Part shown: positions 13,069 through 26,400 of the stretch, piece by piece | Numbering within the stretch: the stretch's first letter is position 1 | Layout of the letters: each line of letters starts with the position of its first letter | Assembly: GCF_036321535.1 (NCBI RefSeq) | Contig: NC_087437.1 | Location: forward strand, 42,658,001-42,722,000 | Direction: 5' to 3' | Length of the DNA stretch: 64,000 nucleotides | Source of the DNA: Camelus dromedarius | Taxonomy: Eukaryota | Notes under the pieces: generated by a model | What the model saw: only the letters and a program-made list of their open reading frames with translations | Databases searched by the model: none | What the model was told of the DNA's origin: nothing | Made by a program: the position numbers and the translations under genes

Positions 13069-14565
13069 GCAGCTTTTAACTAGTTGCAATCTACTTCTGA
13101 AGTTGCATCTAGCTTTTTCCTATTATCTTTCAATTAAATTCAGAAGACACATTAATAAACCTCTTCTCAAGGGAAACTATTTTACAGATAATTGTATCTC
13201 TCTATGCTGAACTTATTAGCTTCATTTGTAGCTAATTGCCTTTAAAAAGTGTGGGACAGAAGGAAGCTTACTGTCATCTCTTAAACGTCCTCTCACTCAC
13301 ATAGTGTGTGTGGACAGCAGGTGAGCCATAGGGACAACTCAGTGGAGAAAATACCAACTAGGAAGATGTTGTATGTGAATATGTAAGATAAAACATTTAG
13401 GAAAAAAGTATAAGGAAAAATAAAATGTGAAAAAAGAGATTGATAAAGACCTATTTTAATTATTCAAAGTGGACATGAACACAGTTAAATAAATGTTTTG
13501 CCATATTGGTTGTTTGACTGCAGAGTGAGAGTAGTTGTGATTATTTCTGCCTTCCATATCTATCATTTAATTGAGTTCAAGTAACTCCTAGGACCATCTT
13601 ATAAAATGGAATTCGTGTCAAACTCATGGTATCAATTTTATGGAATCATTTCATTATCCACTTAAATTCTTTAAACTTCGTTTTCCAAGAACGGGTCATT
13701 TCCAAAAGTTCTAGAGATAGTAGCCACCAGCAACCTGGGCCCCCCGTTCCTGTTACTGTGGGTTTCTCCCTAGTAGTTATGGTTGGATTTCGTGCAGAAA
13801 CCAGTCACACTTTCCTGATAAATTCCTGGGGTGGTAAAGTGGATGGGTAAGAAACAGCAGGGACCTGTATACTGAGAGATGAAGAAAATTCTTTGAGAGA
13901 ATTTATCAAAGGGAAGGGGAGTCTGATATGATGAGGTTGACTCGGAGGGAAAAGCCTAAGTTGTTACAGGGGAGAAGGAATTTTGAGCAGAGCCTTCAGG
14001 CTGCTGCACGATTCTTGCAATTTTTTGCTGTACGTCTAGGCTCTGGGGATGAGTCTATCAGGAGCTGCTTCACTAGGTTTTTATGAGGCGTATTTTGGGT
14101 TAAAAAGACAATACTTTAGGACACCTGTAACAACCCTTGGTATTATAAGTGATGCTGACTTCTCTAGAAATGGGATGCTGGGGTCCTTTTTACGTGGTTG
14201 GATTTTATTTCCAGAACGCAAGAAAAAGGTAGTTGCAAAAGTGTGTCATTAACAACCAGGATCAGGAACCTACTTGAGAGCAAGAGGTCAGGTCCGTTTC
14301 TCATCTTCCCTGGAAGTTTCCCCATCATTATCAGTGACCTCATGCCTGGAAAGTTTGAATTTTACTAACAGCAATGAACACAGAATGGCTTTAATTAAAG
14401 AAAAAGATAGTCAATAATTGTTGGTTTGACATTTATAAGACAATAATTCTGGTAAAATCATATTCCACAAGAGAAATGGAAAGTCCTATTATGCTATTAC
14501 CAGAAGCTGAGAATAAAATTAATTTAACTTGAAATAAATCTTCACAAAAGTTACAACAAACATAC

Positions 14566-14655
14566 CGAGCAGCTTCTGAATATCGCTCCAGACATCTAAA
14601 CACTGTTGCCTGACGAAGATGATTTCGGAAATAGGCTGGGTTTAAAACAATGCTC
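14566..14655 (-). CDS. SPATA16: SPATA16 internal coding exon (orthologous to human exon 4)
   Basis: Translation (R)SIVLNPAYFRNHLRQATVFRCLERYSEAA(R) continues the upstream exon directly (AG+G = Arg). Acceptor ttttatcttttcag|G (AG at 14657-14656), donor GCTCG|gtatgt (GT at 14565-14564). Length 90 nt, phase 2 to phase 2. Confidence 0.97.
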
Positions 14656-15662
14656 CTGAAAAGATAAAATAAATGCAAATGTTATTAAGCTTTTAAAAGT
14701 CAATTACCAGAAGTGTATAGGAATGAAATAACATTCATTCAGTTTTACATCCTATATATTTTAAAAGATACTAATGAATGAATCATTTTTCCTTCCTGTA
14801 ATTGTCAGTTAAGACAAATAAACAAGCATTATTGAAAAGCCAAGTTTGCATGATGAAAGCCATTTTATTTATAACACTGGCTAACTTTTATAGACATGAC
14901 ACTGGCAAAGAATTTGAATCCAACTTATATTACATATAAGGCATGATTTTTTTAATTATAGTTAATAAGTCAGGGAAAAATCACAGGTAATTTATGGTAT
15001 GTCTACCTGTAATGAAGGAGGAGATTGTTAGCTGTATTTCAGGTACAAGAAGGGAACTGGAATTTGAGTGATATGCTCATTTGCACTCTATAATTAGGCC
15101 CTGGGTCCTTCCCAAGCTGGACAATGTAGCGGAATGGAAGGAGCCCCTGTACCATTGGCTAAGGACTCTGGTCATGACCTTGCCACTTTTGGTAAGGCCC
15201 TTGTTCACTTTCAGTTTCCATTTTCTTTTACTGAAATTACAGAGCTTGACTTTTGGATACGATAATCTATCTGTCCTTACTTGCTAATTCTTCCATTATT
15301 TCGTAGAATCCTGGAATCTCAATCCAAGTCCAGATAAGAAGATAGTCACCCCACAGTTGCCTTCTTCCCCTGGAGATAAACTGGTAGCCATTCTTCTTCT
15401 TGCCTCACTGAGAGCCAGGCACTGTTCAAGGCATTTGATATAATGAGGTGAACTAGACAGATGTAGACCACCAACCATCACTGAATGAGGAGACAGCCAT
15501 TAGTGAAAGTTTGAAGTGTAACTTATATTGTAACAGTGTGTTGCGTTATTGCCATAAAATACAAAATGTTACAGAACAAATACAGGATTATTAAACAATA
15601 TTTTTGTGAGCCTGTTTCCACAAGTTGATGAGAATCACTTGGAATTAGTTCATTATTGAGAT

Positions 15663-15815
15663 AAGTGGTTCTTCATCTTTTTTTGAGAGCATTTTTGAGA
15701 ATCAGATGAAAGCTATGGACTTCTGTTCAGAAAAATGCACGTGAACATGATTGCCCAAATTTGGGAAATTCCTGTGACCCTTTAAAGCTATTCATGAGCT
15801 CCAGATTAAAAAAAC
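15663..15815 (-). mobile_element. MER103C-like hAT-Charlie MITE
   Basis: agtggttcttcatcttttttt...tttgagaatcagatgaaagctatggacttctgttcagaaaaatgcac matches recalled consensus. Confidence 0.7.
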
Positions 15816-15899
15816 AGACACACAGATGAGAATAATTCCGTTCCCAGAAACACTGCTTATGGAAAGAGTAAAGTAAAAAAGAAGCACCTATCTGGCTCA

Positions 15900-16095
15900 C
15901 ACAGAATCATAGAATTATATGATGATAGGATGGATTGATTTGAATAATCTACCTCACTTTAAACACAAGTGAACAGAGTCCAGAAAGGTTAAGGGACCTT
16001 TCTAAAATCATACACTAGTTAGTTGCAGTGCCGCTTCAAGTTTATTACTGTTTCCCATCTCTAGCCACAGTACTTTGTATTATACCTTACTGCTT
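15900..16095 (-). mobile_element. MIR/MIR3 SINE
   Basis: cctcactttaaacacaagtgaacagagtccagaaaggttaagggacctttctaaaatcatacactagttagt. Confidence 0.65.
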
Positions 16096-17224
16096 CCCTA
16101 TGATGATTTCTGAATTAGGGAGGCCTGAGTTAGCAAAGTTTTACTGTATTCTGTGATTTGTAATTTGTACAAATGAATATACTAATCCTCCAAGAATTTT
16201 GGTGATTTCTGATTAAAATATTGGAAATTGAAAGCCTATTACATGAGTTTATTCCATATCAACACTGAACTATTAATCTACTACTAATATTATATTAATT
16301 CAGAAAAAGAGTATATTTACAAAGCATGTTTGTGTATTTTATTTCTATAAAAGGAATCTTGTAAAATTAGATCAGAGTGAAAAGAATAGTGCTCTGTCTA
16401 GGTTTCTGGGTCTTCTGAGTCTGGCAAGAACTTTTTCTTCCACATTGTAGCTAATTCTTTCCTCTTCATTTGTAATCCTTCATTCACTTGTGCATTCTCA
16501 GTAAATGTCTGAAGTGTGATGGGACAAAATCCTTACTGCATGGCCATTTCTAGCCTTTGACATCTCTTTGCCCATGATGTGGTATTATGGTTTTACTGAG
16601 CTGTTCTCCAGGAATCTTGCTTTGCCAGCTATGTTCTTTTGATCCAAATGGATTTGACTGGTATGAAGTATGGGATGGGGTGGGCAGGAGTAGTGAGAGA
16701 AGCATTTAGTAAAATAGAGGGAGAAGGGAGAGGAGGAGTCATCAAAGTGGCTTTAGTGGAGGAGATTTTTGTGGGTCGTGAGGGTTGGTGAGGTAAATGC
16801 TGTTGCAGTGTAATTCTTAAAAAGAATAGATGAAAATTTTTCTTGTAATTACAAGTTGTTCTTAAGACGTTGAAGAAATACAAGTAGAGGACATGAGTTT
16901 AGAAATCACTATTGCTAAACTAACTAGGTTCTTTTAAACTACGGCACCACCGTGCACTGAACCACATGAATCACAGCTTCATAAGAGGGATGAAAGAAGA
17001 CCAGGATCCAGTCTACTCTAAGAGGTGGAGGTATAATTATAAAAGGATGCTTAGAAAGTTAGGATGAGATATTATATTTTTGGGACTCATAATTATTGCA
17101 GCATTCACAGTAAGCTTATAATATGCCCTATTAGACACTTGGCAAGGAAATGCTTGCAGTGATTGTAAGGCCTAGTTTTTACACCTTTATTAGTTTATTT
17201 GATGCTTTCTAAAATGACATATCC

Positions 17225-17318
17225 TTTCTTTTGTTTTTGTTTTCTTGTATATATATATATTTTATTGAAGTATAGTCAGTTTACAGTGTTGTGTCAATTT
17301 CTGGCATACAGCATAATG
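17225..17318 (-). mobile_element. Very short young (artiodactyl/camelid-type) L1 3' end
   Basis: T-rich tail, then tttattgaagtatagtcagtttacagtgttgtgtcaatttctggcatacagcataatg. Nearly identical to the copy at ~33750. Confidence 0.8.
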
Positions 17319-18571
17319 ACTACCCTTTTAATGGTATATTTTATGTTGTGTACAGCTTGTAGAGGAAATGTTGATTTATCCTTTAAAAAGTTCTTCATCA
17401 TTTATCATTTGATGCCATGTGAGGAGATCTAGGAGTCTACCTATAACCAAAATGGTCAGTCTAACTGGGCGTAGTGAAAATAAAAACGACTATATAGTTA
17501 TAATCAGAGCCAGATCTCTGTATTGATTCATTTGATTTTAAGAGAGGAAATAACTCTGATTTTGTTATGCTGATAGGGATTTTGGTAAAAGAACAAAAAT
17601 TATGTTAGAGTGGCTAAATTGTAGAAGTCAGTGAATTGTTGTCAGAAGAAAGAAGACAGGGTTAGTAGTGGGCCACGAAGGTCCACAGTATTGACTAGCC
17701 CTTCTAGGAGAATGGGATCACATAAAATAATAAATATTATGATAGATAAAAGTTTAATTTCTTTATCTATTTGTTCCCTGTGGTATAGCTTAGCTTTTTA
17801 TGATTTCTATTTGTGAATACTTTAACATTTTTTTGTACATTAAAATTCATATAATTTGATGTGTGTGTGTGCATGAGTGCATGTTCTCTTGTTTTATTAA
17901 GTCCCAAGGTCATAATGTTGGAAGACCAGGATATAAGTCTATTTGAGTAATTATTAGAGGTGTCTTAATGCACTTGTCAAAAGATTTATCTTTTTCTCAG
18001 TGATTTGATGTGTCACCTTTATTATATATTAAGTTCATATGCACACTTAGATCAATGACTGGAGTTTGTATACACACTTTGATCTGTCTGACTCTGACAG
18101 AAACAAGTTGTTTTAATTCTTGTCATTAATTTCTGGAAGGGAAAGAACTACCTGGTGTTCTCTTTGTGAAAATTTTATCTTATATGGCGTATTTATTCTT
18201 TCTAATGAACTTTATTGTTTTTATTTTTTAAAGATGCAACCCACCCCCAACATTTAGTGGTTTTCATTGGTGTTGAAGGCATAGATTGATTTGAAGAAGA
18301 ATTGACATGTTTATAACATTGTCTTCACATTCAGGAACATATTTTCTTCTTTATTCAAATATTCTTTTATGTCTCCCAGTAATAGTTTAACCTTTCTTTT
18401 ATCTTTTTTAACATAGATGTTTTATTAGTTTCTTGTTAATTCTTAAGTTTAAAAATTATAAATGAGAATTATACATGATAATATATCTGCATATATAGTA
18501 TATATTTGTATATATGGATAGGTATGTAAATGTGTGAGAGAGAGATATATATATACACTCATACACATACA

Positions 18572-18710
18572 CTTTACTAATCAAAGTATGATCAGCGGCA
18601 CTTGGGAGCTCATTAGAAATGTAAAATCTTGATCCCCAAATCTACTGAGTCTGCATTTTAATAAGACCCTCAGGTGATTTTTATGCATATTAAAGTTTGA
18701 AAAGCACTAC
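18572..18710 (+). mobile_element. MER5A-like hAT-Charlie MITE
   Basis: tcaaagtatg...cacttgggagctcattagaaatgtaaaatctt...ttttaataagaccctcaggtgatttttatgcatattaaagtttgaaaagcact. Confidence 0.8.
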
Positions 18711-18739
18711 ATATGTGAATATTAAGGATGGGACTTTTA

Positions 18740-18871
18740 GGGGGGCGGGTATAGTTCAAGTGGTAGAGCACATGCTTAGCATGTACGAGGTCTTGGATTC
18801 AATCCCCAGTACCTCCTCCAAACAGAAATAAATAAATAAACCTAATTACCTCCCCCTCATAAAAAAAAAAA
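18740..18871 (+). mobile_element. Camelid Vic-1-type tRNA-derived SINE (second copy)
   Basis: gggggcgggtatagttcaagtggtagagcacatgcttagcatgtacgaggtcttggattcaatccccagtacctcc, same aataaacctaattacc tail and poly(A). Imperfect TSD aaggatgggactttta (18724-18739) / aagaatgggatttta (18872-18886). Confidence 0.9.
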
Positions 18872-20234
18872 AAGAATGGGATTTTAAAAATTGTATTTCC
18901 TAACTTTTTATTGCCAGCATTTAGACATGCATTTTAAAAATACTTATTTTTATTCATTATTTAATATTGCAATAATTTAGTTTTATTCTCATCACCCACA
19001 AATAATTATGTTTGATACTTCTTTTAAATATTTACATCTTTTTTCTTCTCTTACTGCATAGGCTAATTTTTAAAAGGACTTTTAAGTTAAGTACTCTAGG
19101 GATGCTTTAGTATTTCTCTGATAATTATGATTATGGATTAACTTAAAATATTATTTGTCAAGAGTTATTATCAGAAATAAATGTTAAAGTTTTTCAAATA
19201 CCCTTTGGATCTATCAACATGATTATGGACTTTGTCCTGATCTTTTGTAGGGACGATTTGGATTAATTACTGATTCAAAAAAGCATTAAATAAACAGAAT
19301 ATTAAACTCAAGGATTTAGAAAGTGAATAATAAAGCAGAACTACATCAACAAAAATATCAACAAACAAAATTAAAAAATTTAAAAATTATACTATAATTT
19401 TTATGAAATATTATACTGGAATTGAGTTGCCAGAGATTTGGTGTTTTGTTAGTCTTTTTAACCAAATTAATCTTTGATTTAGCTATTTATTCTAATTAAT
19501 TCTACTGTTCTTTCTGTGTTTCAATTTACTCATTTCAATTTTTATATTTATTAATACATTTTTGTCCTCTCTAGGTTCTATTTTATTATTTCTTTTATTC
19601 TTAACTTAAAATTCAATCCACTTATGTTTTTTTCTAAATAAAGAAGGCATTTATAACTATGATTTTTAAACTGATTTTTAGCTTTGACCGTATTCTTAAG
19701 AATGATAGAGTATATTTTATTCTCATAATTTTTCCCCAAGTCTCTAATTATAGATTTTAATTTCTCTTTGATTGAAAAACTACTGAGGATAGCACTGTTT
19801 GTTTTCAGAAGGGTGGTTTTTCTTGTTATAACTTTTAATATTACTTTTTCACTTTATTATAATGCAAATAGAGACTATGTCTTGTGTATTTCTGCTTTTC
19901 GTATATATCAAGAGTAACATATAATAGAGTATTCAAATATTTTAATAGCATAAGGAAAAAATAATATATTCCTCATTTATAAGGTATTGTTAGTAACCAC
20001 TGGGAGTGCACTTACAAGATTTTTAATGATCTAAATAAAACTGCTAGATACATACCTTTACTTCATTCAAGTTCCTCGGGAGATCTTTCTAGACCTAAAT
20101 TTTAATGGTAATTATTACCATTTCAAAATTCAGTTTGTTTTAAAGGTAATATTATTTCATGTTCTTTTTTCTCATCTTTCTATTTATTATCTAATTTTTA
20201 GAAAATTAACTTATTTTAATGTACTTTTATTTAA

Positions 20235-20360
20235 GTCAGTTTTATTGAGGTGTAATCTACATGCAGTAGTATTCACCTTCCTAAAGGGTGTAGTTTGATG
20301 CATTTTGACAAGTTTATAACCATCACTCCAATAAAGATATAGAATATTTCCACCCATACC
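20235..20360 (-). mobile_element. L1 (L1MB/MD-type) 3' tip
   Basis: tttattgaggtgtaatctacatgcagtagtattcacc...ttgatgcattttgacaag...aagatatagaatatttcc. Confidence 0.65.
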
Positions 20361-20689
20361 AAAGAGTAGCAATAGAAGCATAAGAATTTCCTACCTATTC
20401 CCCCAGGGACAGATGTGTTTTGTTTCTACATCTCAGTCAGAAGCCTGAACTCTGGAATGAGAATGTTAGTTAGCAAGTTAGCACTCCTTCCAGAGCTTAA
20501 GGCTTTAGCTTCATGTGAGATTAGGGATCAGGGAAGCAATTTCTTGTTGAGGCAAAAATGCCTCAGTCCAGTTCTCTTTACTTAGCTTGGTCATTATCAA
20601 AGTAAATTAGCAGTTATTCATTCACTTGAATGACACTCTTCTTAATATCTTAGTAAAGTGCTGCCATATGCTTTTAGAAATAGTTGGTA

Positions 20690-21675
20690 GATCTAGAGAA
20701 TGCCAGGGATATGAAATATTTTTCATTTATACAGAGCATGATATCCTTGTGGATAAGATGGTGACATTTATGCTGGCTAATGGTATCATTCAGTAGATGA
20801 TAACTTGTTGAACAACTGATTGATATTATTGAAGTATAGTCTGGATTATTATGAAAGAATAAATTTAATGGCTTGTCCTTAGCCCTTTTTGTGGACAATA
20901 TTTTCATTAGTAACTATGATTAAGAGATTGAAAGGATGACTATAATTTCTTCTTAATGGCATATGTTTTATCTAACAAAGAACTAATATCTGATGACAGA
21001 AGCAAAATTCAAAATGACATGTACTGGGTAAAAATCTTATGTTATGAATTTTAAAAATTTGTTCTACGAATATAACCATGGCTTGAATGTGACCGTGTGG
21101 AAAAAAATCTGAATATTTTATAAAATTACAAGCTAACTGTGATAGGACAATATAATAGAGTTACAAAAACTGTATGTAAAATTTATTTTAAGTGATCTAA
21201 AGGCATTCTGTTCAAGTAATAAATTATATTTTTACTGAATTGTTCCTTAGCCATATAGGAGACATATTTATGGGAATTATCACTATATTGAAGTGTGTCT
21301 ACAGTGTTCAATGGATCTAGAGAACATAGTGTGTCAAGAATATTGAGTGAAATTGCTATGTTTAGAGAGTTAAGATTAGGGGAGACTAAGTAGGTACTTT
21401 CAAACACAAAGACCTGTCATGTAGAATATAGATTAATTATTCTATGTACTAACAGATGAAGTCAGGCAAAAACCAATACTGTACAGTTACAAATAGTTCA
21501 GTTCAACATAAAGATGGACTTAATAACCAATGCTGCAGGCTTTGAGAAGAGTTTCCATTTACTGGAATAACTTAAGTGATATTTAGAATGCCATCTGTCA
21601 GGATGTGTAGAAGAAATTCTTGACTGAGTGGGAGATTACACTACATGACTTTCAAGGATATTCGTAAAAATCTCT
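20690..21675 (+). mobile_element. L3/CR1 LINE fossil (RT 3' region)
   Basis: CR1-like motifs caatattttcattagtaactatgat..., gatgacagaagcaaaattcaaaatgac, and a 3' end gtgggagattacactacatgactttcaagg. Confidence 0.6.
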
Positions 21676-21695
21676 TAGAATACATTGTTGATCAC

Positions 21696-22167
21696 TGTGA
21701 AGGGTCTGAGGTTTTCCCTCCTTGCAAGTAACAAATTAGCATGATATAGTTTCATGGATGCTTGTAGAAGACATGAACCTCCAGGGCCAGAGATTTCTTA
21801 CTCACAGTCATAGCAGTAGCCAGGACATCAGTCTTTTGTTGTACCAGTTCCTTAAGCCACAATCCCAGATGGCAAAGCCAAGAAGTCCAGGTGACACCTT
21901 CACATTGCAGTAGGTTGCATTACAGGAGAGGAATCCTAAGCTTAGGGAATGTAGATCTTTTATAATGGATTTTAAGCATGGCTGTTTGTAGGTTGAGAGG
22001 GAGACACTATCTTCATCTTCTAAGACTGTAAGCAGACATATCTTTTCTTCCAAGGTTGTTTACCATGCAGTCATCTTTGAAAAGATAGTTCAGAGCAAAG
22101 GCCAGTCAATGCCTTGTCCATAAGACATGCAAAAATTCAAGAGATCCAAGGAAATTGTCTCCCTATA
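21696..22167 (-). mobile_element. ERVL-class solo LTR (MER76-like)
   Basis: Begins tgtgaagggtctgaggttttccctccttgcaagtaacaaattagc and ends gagatccaaggaaattgtctccctata, matching a recalled ERVL LTR in reverse orientation. About 470 bp. Confidence 0.7.
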
Positions 22168-22404
22168 TAGATAATTTTTGTTCAGATATACAAATTGTAT
22201 TTGTTACATTCATGCCATTAACAAATAAAGAAGGATTCTTAACAAGTTACATAATTAAAATATCATAGGAAAATTAGGAGAATACCTAATATTGAAGAAT
22301 GAGTGATTACATTATTATCTATTTATATTCTGATTTAGGTAGATTTTAAGGTAGCTTGTAGAATACTTAAGAGTTTAAATCAAAATAAAAATTACTTAGA
22401 ACAA

Positions 22405-23445
22405 AGGGAAAACAGATAAATTGGACTATATAAAAATGAAAAACTTCTGTGCATCAAAAGACAGGATCAACAGAATGAAAAGGCAACTGTGAATGAGAAA
22501 GTATTTACAAATCATGTATCTAATAGGGGATTAATAAATAGAATATATAAGGAACTCCTAAACCTCAACGATGAAAGAACAAACAACCTAATTAAAAAAT
22601 GGGCAAAGGACTTGAATGGACATTTCTCCAAAGCAGATATATAAATGGCCAATAAGTACATGTAAGAGATGCTCAACATTAGTAATCATTAAGGAAATAC
22701 AAATGAAAAATACAATGAGATACTACTTCACACTTGTTAGAATGGCTACTCTTAAACAGAAAATAACAAGTGTTGGCAAGGATGTGGAGAAATTGGAATC
22801 CTTGTGCACAGTTTGTGGGGATGTAGGATGGTGCAGCTGCTGTGGAAAACAGTATGGCAGTTCATCAAAATATTAGAGATAGACTTACTATATGATCTAG
22901 CATTTCCACTTCTATGTATATATCCAAAAGAAATGAAAGCAGGGTTTTAAAGGTATGTTCCTATGTTCATAGCACTATCACTCAGAATAGCCAAAGGTGA
23001 AAGAAACCCAAGTGTCCATCCACAGATTAATGGATTAATATAATGTAGTATATACATATAATGGAATATTATGCAGCCTTAAAAAAGAGGGAAATTAAGA
23101 CACAAGTTGCAACATGGATGAACCTTCAGGACATTATGCTCAGTTAAATAGGCCAATTATAAAAAGACAAATACTGCATCATTCCATTTATTTGAGGTAC
23201 CTTGAGTAGATAAATTCATAGAGACAGAAAGTAGAATGGTGGTTCCCAGGAGTTGTGGTGTGAGGGAAATAGAGAGTTGTTAAATGGTATAGGGTTTTAG
23301 TTTTGTAAGATGAAGAGTTCTGGAGATTGGTTATACAACAACGTGAATGTACTTAGCACTACTGAACTCCACATTTTTAGAATGGATAAGATGGTAAATT
23401 TTATGTTGCATGTGCTTTATCACAATTAAAAATGAAACAAAAAAT
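22405..23445 (+). mobile_element. L1MB-type 3' end (ORF2 C-terminus, 3' UTR, A-rich tail)
   Basis: aaaacttctgtgcatcaaaagac...aaaatgggcaaaggacttgaatggacatttctccaaag...tgttggcaaggatgtggagaaattggaatcc...gatggtaaattttatgtt. ORF 22616..22876 is an ORF2 remnant. Confidence 0.92.
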
Positions 23446-26400
23446 AACTGAATGATGAAAGCAAGATTAAAAGTAGGGGAGCTAAGGTTACACCTGGATG
23501 AGGTTAGTACACAAAATACGTGTCACAAGAGTCTAAGAGTTTAAGTTGAGATGGACTACATGTTTTCATCTAGGTTTACTGATAGCTAATGGAAAGAGGA
23601 GCATAAAGTTTGTTTTAAACAAGCCACTTGTGCAATTCAAAAATTTCTTGTTGTACAGTCAGAAAGATCACTTTATCCAAAGATGCCCTCTAATGTAAAA
23701 ATCTGTCTTCAGTAACAGATTTACAGAAGAATCAGCAATTGTTCCATGTGGTTGCTTCTGAGAGCTTCTTTCAACATAGGCTGTTGGTATAATACCAGAT
23801 CTCAATCTAGTAACCTAAATTCCTGAGTAGGTGAAAGGAATTGTAATGTAAAGGGAACTTATGCAGTAATGCCATCACTACACAAAGATTCAGTGAAATC
23901 TTAATTCATTGTGTCTTACTTGGTCACTTGGTTCACTACAAAAGATTGATGATTAGAATTAAAAGCCAAAATAAAGTATAACAATCTTCAACGTACTGAG
24001 AAGAATTGAGAAGTCCATGTACTCACTTTAAATATCTTACATTGGCAAGCAAGATAGAACAATGAAATGACCCAATTTAATTTACATGGGAGAAATTGCA
24101 CTATTTTATAAAGTATTAGAGCATAAAATTAGAATTGAAGGCATTGGGTTTCAAAATAAGAAAATTACAGTATATTATTGTCAAAGTACATAGCTCTGCC
24201 AAAACAGTGGCAAAGTATGTGTTTGCACAAACATGAAAGTAAAACCTAATTCTTTAAGGAAACAACAAGAAATCACTCTCAACTATTTCTTGAGATCCCA
24301 GCATGACACAGCAGAAGAAAACAAGTTTAAAGAAGAAGCCAAGCAGAGGGGGTAACCTGAATACTATCCTGACCTTTCACCCATCAAATTACAATTAATT
24401 ATATGCAAAAAATATTCAATTATGGAATTACTCAAGTGAGCAGCAAACACCTAATTTCTTGACATAACGAAGAGTCAATGGGATAAATACCTCAAAAATG
24501 GCTATTTTGTCACAGTACTGAAAAATATATGTTTAGAAGGGAGATGTTACATCATCTGTCCTCTTTATAGAGCTAGTAGTGAGTGCACATTAAAGAATGA
24601 TTACCATCTATGTTTAAGTATATTTTTAGCATTTGAGAATGAGATTTCTCTGTTTAGAAAAATAGAGGGAAGATTAAAGGATTCAGGTAATAAATTTAAT
24701 AGGTGATCAATACCAGGAAATATGAACCTTTAGAAAGAGTTTTTTTTAGGGCTTCCATATTTTTCCAGATTCAGTTTAGTCTTTCATATTCTTCATCAAC
24801 ATTGATATCTTTAACTAACATGCATCAAATAATTACTTAAAATTATTAAAAATAGTTAAATTGAGATCTTATCTAAAGATTTAATAAATAAGATAGAGAT
24901 CTTATCTAAAGATCTCTACTGGATCTTTAGAAGTGTGCAGTGATATTCCTTTTTTGAGCAATGAAGAACATTTTTTTCTCTTCATTTTTTTTACTTTCTT
25001 TTCAACTCTTATTAATTACTCTTTATTAAAGACCTCTCCATAACAAGAAATAATGCTCAACAGTATTATTTATCTTTATATGTGCAGCATCTAGCAAATG
25101 CATAGCGCATAATGGGCACTCAATGGATGTTTGTGGACTACAGCAATGTTACCGGTGGCTGAGCCCACTAATGTTATCTATGATTTGCTGATGAGATTTA
25201 CATCTCTTGTGACCTGTATATACCAGAGTCCTCTCTCCACTGACTTTTGTACCTATGTCCCAGTCTAACTTCAGCTTTACATAATTTCATCTACTTGTAT
25301 TCAGATGTGATGAGGAATGAAAGGTCATCTTTGTAGTTAAAGGATATAGAGATATACCTAAGTAGACTGTTTGAAAAAAATTCTAATACAAAATTATTTT
25401 TCATAATTTGAAAACCTGAAAAAAACCCCACATTTTTGTAGTCTGTAATTGTGTCTTCCCATCTTTTTCTCTATCTGTCAAATGCTTAGACAGAGTAAAT
25501 ATGAAATGGGTTCCCATTTATTTTTCATCTACATTGTAATCCAAAGACTGTCCAGTAGAAGCTGTTAGTAAATCACTTGGTCAGTTCTCCCAGCAAAACA
25601 TTCTTTAAGGAATACAGTATATCAACCTATCTTTTGACATTTTCATTTTTTGTTCTTGACATTTCCTCTTAAAAAATAATACAGTGTTGGCCCTATTATC
25701 TTTTCTGCAGGGTTTGTGAACCAAATACCAACTATCAACTCTTTTGTAGAAAAGCTACCAAGATTAAGAAACCAAAGATGCAGATGTAAAGCCCTATTCA
25801 TTTGTCTGTGTAATGTTGAGGGGGAGGAGGGTGGAGAAGTGGTGGTGGTGGTTCAAGAACAGAGTGACAAATAGCACATGCTTTTTTCTATTCTCTGTGT
25901 TACTCGGTGGGATGCATTTTAGAATGATTGCTTTGAAAAGTACAATTAATAAATTCCCCTCTGTTCTAACCTACCAGAACTTACTTATGATTCATTCAGC
26001 AACAATTATTGGAAGTAAACTACGTTCCAGACACTGTACAGGTTCTACAGAAAAGAGCCAGAAGGGTAAATACATACTTAAACAAGTATTTTGAGTAGCC
26101 TATTGTATGGAAATAAATGTCTGTCTGCATTCTATTCTTTTCTTATGCTGCCTTCAACTAGCAATTATGCAGGAATCTTTAAAATGAGATGAAATAAATT
26201 ATAGTGGTGTCTACTATATAGTTTTACTGGATAATGAAATGGGATGCTTGTTTCTTTTTAAGTATGAGAATTAGAGGGATTTTTCATACCAAAATAAAAA
26301 CCATTCATATATCATCAAGTATTTAAATTATTCATATTAACATCATGATTTTTTGAGACTTGTATTAGAGACTAAAAAATGATATCTAGATAACAATATT

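Larger units (their letters stand above)
17960..19900 (-). mobile_element. Highly degraded L1 (L1ME-like) ORF2 remnant with nested MER5A and SINE
   Basis: Reverse ORF2-type motifs: tgatttgatgtgtcacctttattatatattaagttc..., agattgatttgaagaagaattgacatgtttataacattgtcttc. Confidence 0.65.

Noticed and set aside
13730..14255. Possible ancient LTR (purine-rich, GC-richer block)
   Set aside because: I could not identify termini or a family with confidence. It needs a Dfam search.
14433..14678. 81-aa ORF as a standalone gene (likewise 41804..42040)
   Set aside because: Only the splice-bounded cores match SPATA16. The flanking residues are translated intron.
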